A stretch of 17,455 bases of DNA from an uncultured bacterium (lineage in GTDB: Bacteria > Methylomirabilota > Methylomirabilia > Rokubacteriales > CSP1-6), in the NCBI GenBank assembly GCA_964637755.1, contig CAZWXA010000032.1, forward strand, positions 1-17,455. Reading direction: 5' to 3'. The notes under the pieces were generated by a model. The model was not told where the DNA came from, made no database searches, and worked only from the letters and a program-made list of their open reading frames with translations. A program made the position numbers and the translations under genes. Shown here piece by piece: positions 15,153-17,455 of the stretch (position 1 is the stretch's first letter; every line of letters starts with the position of its first letter).

Positions 15153-16658
15153 ATGGGCACCTATTTCAGCGATCGGGAGTTCGCACAGGTCGAACCGGCG
15201 GAGAACGCGTTTCATTCGCCGATTCCCACGCAGGTCATCTCGAACGGGGAATTCAATCCCCCACCGCAGACGCCCCAGCAGAAGCAGGTCGAGGCCCGTA
15301 TCAAGGAGTTGGCCGACACCTATGGCGCGAAGCTGGGCATGGATCGCCGGCGGTTCCTCCAGACCGCCAGCGGCATGGCCGCGGCCTTCGTGGCCATGAA
15401 CAACGTGTTCGGCAAGGTGTTCGACGTCTCCGAGGCCGAGGCGGCCGACCCCATGGTGGCCCAGGCCCGCGCCGATGGGACCAAGGGCCAGTTCATCATG
15501 GACGTGCAGACGCACTGGGTGCGCGACGATTACAACCAGGAAGGGTTCGTCGGCTTCCTGAAGGCGGTCAACGACCTCGAGAAGAGCGGGCTCGACCCCA
15601 GCAAGATCAGCGTGTATAACGTCAAGTTCGAGAACTACGTCCGGCAGATCTTCCTCAACAGCGACACGGCCGTGACGGTGCTGAGCGGCGCGCCCTTCGA
15701 CGACAAATCGTGGGAGTTTCTGACGAACCAGGCGATCGCGGAAGGCGTCAGGATGGTCAACACGACCGCGGGCAGCACGCGGATCCTGGGGCATGCCGTG
15801 ATCAGGCCCGGGCAACCGGGCTGGATGGACGAGGTGGACCAGGCCCTGGCCGAGCGGCCGCCGGCCAGCTGGAAGATGTACACGATCGGCGACCCGCTCT
15901 CGGCCAAGACCAAGTACCCGTTCCGGCTCGACGACGAGAAGCTGATGTACCCGTTCTACGAGAAGGCCGTCAAGGCGGGGATCCGCACCGTGTGCATCCA
16001 CAAGGGGCTGATGCCGTCGGACTACGAGGAGAGCTGGGCCGGCGTCTGGAAGTACCAGACCGCCTGGGATCTCCCCAAGGCGGCCAAGGACTGGCCACAG
16101 ATCAACTTCGTCATCTACCACGGGTGCTTCCGTGCCTTCATGGACGCGCCAGGGGCGGCCCGCGCCGAGTTCGAGAAGACGGGTGACATCAAGTGGGCGA
16201 CCGAGCTCTCCCGGGTGCCCGAGAAGAGCGGCACCCAGAACGTCTACGCGGAGATGGGGACCAGCTTCGCCACCACTGCGGTGATCGATCCCCGCTTCGC
16301 GGCGGCGCTGCTCGGCACGTGGGTCAAGGGCCTCGGTTCGAGCAACGTGGTCTGGGGCACCGACTCGGTCTTCCACGGCTCGCCGCAGTGGCAGATCGAG
16401 GCCTTGCGCCGGCTCGAGATTCCGGAGGATATGCAGAAGAAGTGGGGCTTCGCACCGCTCGGCGGGGCCACCAGCGCGGCGAAGAACCAGATCCTCGGGC
16501 TCAACTCGGCCCGCATGTACAACATCAACGTGAGCGCCAGCTATCCACGGTTCACCGAGGACAAGTTCGCGCAGCTCAAGAAGGAATACCGGCCGGCCGG
16601 CACGCTCGACTGGCTGCGCGAGAACGCGGCGCACGGGTGGATCCGGCGGCGCGCGTAG
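15153..16658 (+). CDS. Amidohydrolase-2 (TIM-barrel metal-dependent hydrolase) family protein with an internal twin-arginine (Tat) motif.
   Basis: The Tat consensus [25 protein letters not shown] lies ~62 residues after the RBS-supported ATG. The barrel motifs include [23 protein letters not shown] and [14 protein letters not shown] (compare the FGSDYPH end motif of PF04909). A weaker alternative start is ATG 15339 (MDRRRFLQ). Confidence 0.7.
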   Translation: MGTYFSDREFAQVEPAENAFHSPIPTQVISNGEFNPPPQTPQQKQVEARIKELADTYGAKLGMDRRRFLQTASGMAAAFVAMNNVFGKVFDVSEAEAADPMVAQARADGTKGQFIMDVQTHWVRDDYNQEGFVGFLKAVNDLEKSGLDPSKISVYNVKFENYVRQIFLNSDTAVTVLSGAPFDDKSWEFLTNQAIAEGVRMVNTTAGSTRILGHAVIRPGQPGWMDEVDQALAERPPASWKMYTIGDPLSAKTKYPFRLDDEKLMYPFYEKAVKAGIRTVCIHKGLMPSDYEESWAGVWKYQTAWDLPKAAKDWPQINFVIYHGCFRAFMDAPGAARAEFEKTGDIKWATELSRVPEKSGTQNVYAEMGTSFATTAVIDPRFAAALLGTWVKGLGSSNVVWGTDSVFHGSPQWQIEALRRLEIPEDMQKKWGFAPLGGATSAAKNQILGLNSARMYNINVSASYPRFTEDKFAQLKKEYRPAGTLDWLRENAAHGWIRRRA

Positions 16659-16680
16659 TCACCCGCCCGAGCGCTCCCTG

Positions 16681-16710
16681 CCCCACCCGTCGCCGACGCG
16701 ACGGGTGGGG
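16681..16710. terminator. Perfect 12-bp-stem hairpin (CCCCACCCGTCG-CCGACG-CGACGGGTGGGG) 23 nt after the amidohydrolase stop.
   Basis: The stem and 6-nt loop were read directly. No U-run follows, so this is a terminator-like structure rather than a canonical intrinsic terminator. Confidence 0.4.
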
Positions 16711-16799
16711 CAAGGGGGGCCGCCCAACCGTCGCCTACTTGGCCGTCGCCAGGTAGGCGACGATCTTCCGGCGCACCGCGTCGCCCACTGCGATCTCTT

Positions 16800-17060
16800 G
16801 CGGCGCGGCCGCTGGTGCTCGATCGCGATGTCGGCGAGCGCATGGGCCATGTCGCGCAACTCCACCCAGCAGGTTGCATTCTCGAACCGCGACAGCCTCG
16901 GCGGCGAGGCCAAGGCCCTCCCGTCCAGCGGATCGCGCCCGACGACGAGCTTGTGCACCGGATCGTCGGCCAGCCGGGCGGCGTCGTTGCAGTCCGCGTA
17001 GCCACCCGCGAGGCCGAAGACGCGGCACCTCCGAGCGACTCGATGGCTCTTCTCTTTCAT
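16800..17060 (-). mobile_element. N-terminal remnant of an IS1380-family (DDE_Tnp_1-type) transposase, truncated and decayed.
   Basis: Minus-strand translation from ATG 17060: MKEKSHRVARRCRVFGLAGGYADCNDAARLADDPVHKLVVGRDPLDGRALASPPRLSRFEN. This matches the conserved IS1380 transposase N-terminal block (LALGYEDLNDHEQLRHDP...LASQPTLSRLEN). The frame then degenerates into Arg-rich nonsense and lacks a DDE core. The extent of the remnant is approximate. Confidence 0.5.
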
Positions 17061-17078
17061 CCTTCGCGAATTTTCCGG

Positions 17079-17094
17079 GCTAGCTAGCTAGCTA
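17079..17094. repeat. (GCTA)4 palindromic tract GCTAGCTAGCTAGCTA: three overlapping CTAG sites giving stops in all three frames on both strands.
   Basis: Read directly. It sits 19 nt upstream of the transposase-remnant ATG on the minus strand, in a locally AT-rich segment (17061..17170). Confidence 0.9.
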
Positions 17095-17134
17095 AACTTC
17101 CTGGCAATTCTGTCAAGGGGAGAAAATTCACAAA

Positions 17135-17160
17135 GTTAGGGCCACCGAGTTAGAGCCACC
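17135..17160. repeat. Tandem imperfect 12-bp direct repeat GTTAG(G/A)GCCACC, two copies with a 14-bp period.
   Basis: Copies at 17135..17146 and 17149..17160. On the minus strand an adjacent TTGACA (17111..17116) lies upstream of the transposase remnant. Confidence 0.6.
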
Positions 17161-17242
17161 ATAGGGAGCGGGATAAAGGCGGCGCAGACTCGCCCCGGAA
17201 CCCCGGGGAGTGTGCGCCGCGGACGAACGCGAGTCCCTCGGT

Positions 17243-17455
17243 TCACTGGCACCGGAAGTTCACACAGGACTGGCCCTGCCCACAGACCCTTCCGCATGCG
17301 CCACAGTTGCTCCGGTCCGAGTCGATCCGTGTCTCGCACCCGGTGATCCGGCGCCCATCGCAGTCGGCGGTGCCGTGGACGCACCGGAAGACGCAGTCGT
17401 CGGGGCCACACTGGGGAACGATGTTCGGCCAGGCCTCGCATCGATTCCAGCAGGC
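17243..17455 (-). CDS. C-terminal 70 residues of a cysteine-rich (Stig1-like) protein; the gene continues beyond the window end.
   Basis: Minus-strand frame ending at the TGA at 17243..17245: ACWNRCEAWPNIVPQCGPDDCVFRCVHGTADCDGRRITGCETRIDSDRSNCGACGRVCGQGQSCVNFRCQ*. It has 12 Cys in 70 aa, and SNCGACGRVCGQGQSCVNFRC fits the Stig1-type spacing (D..NCG.CG..C..G..C....C). It is absent from the ORF track because it has no start in the window. Confidence 0.55.
   Translation of the reverse strand, partial: ACWNRCEAWPNIVPQCGPDDCVFRCVHGTADCDGRRITGCETRIDSDRSNCGACGRVCGQGQSCVNFRCQ

Noticed and set aside
15120-16634. 504-aa minus-strand ORF.
   Set aside because: It is antisense to the amidohydrolase gene, which has an RBS, Tat motif and barrel motifs on the + strand.
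15339-16658. Alternative internal start (MDRRRFLQ) for the amidohydrolase.
   Set aside because: No SD precedes it, whereas ATG 15153 has a near-ideal GGGGAGG. It is kept as a possibility in the findings rather than as the primary call.
1-17455. CRISPR arrays, tRNA or rRNA genes, and integrase/att sites.
   Set aside because: No regularly spaced repeats, tRNA-like cloverleaf segments or rRNA-like conserved stretches were seen. The only mobile-element trace is the decayed transposase fragment.

Overview
This is a very GC-rich (~70%) bacterial window with dense coding, mostly on the + strand. Because of the GC content, almost every real gene is mirrored by a long spurious antisense or out-of-frame ORF in the six-frame track. 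I called genes from protein-family motifs read in the translations, not from ORF length.

From 5' to 3':
- 1..1070 (-): an enolase-superfamily (mandelate racemase / muconate-lactonizing enzyme) gene that runs off the window.
- 1398..2360 (+): a divergently transcribed secreted YVTN beta-propeller protein.
- 2548..8921 (+): a tight five-gene cluster of SPFH (HflK/HflC) proteins. It contains two HflC paralogs, one canonical HflK, one HflK fused to an ArsP/DUF318-type two-repeat permease carrying an LCSCG motif, and a secreted acetamidase/formamidase-family enzyme.
- 9065..9885 (+): a toxin-antitoxin-like pair, with a small protein overlapping an AbiEii-like nucleotidyltransferase-fold protein.
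- 10076..12998 (+): three consecutive peptidase-U32 paralogs whose Cys patterns match UbiU/UbiV-type oxygen-independent hydroxylases.
- 13099..13614 (-): a convergent di-haem c-type cytochrome.
- ~13739..14495 (-): a multiply frameshifted remnant of an ABC substrate-binding protein, followed by ~0.8 kb with no convincing coding signal.
- 15153..16658 (+): an amidohydrolase-2-type gene with a twin-arginine motif placed ~60 residues inside the ORF.
- ~16800..17060 (-): an IS1380-family transposase N-terminal remnant, flanked by a (GCTA)4 palindromic CTAG repeat at 17079..17094 in an AT-rich patch.
- 17243..17455 (-): the C-terminal end of a cysteine-rich (Stig1-like) protein running off the window, which the ORF track misses.

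No rRNA, tRNA or CRISPR was seen. The most interesting candidate systems are the SPFH cluster with its permease-HflK fusion and the triple U32 module.
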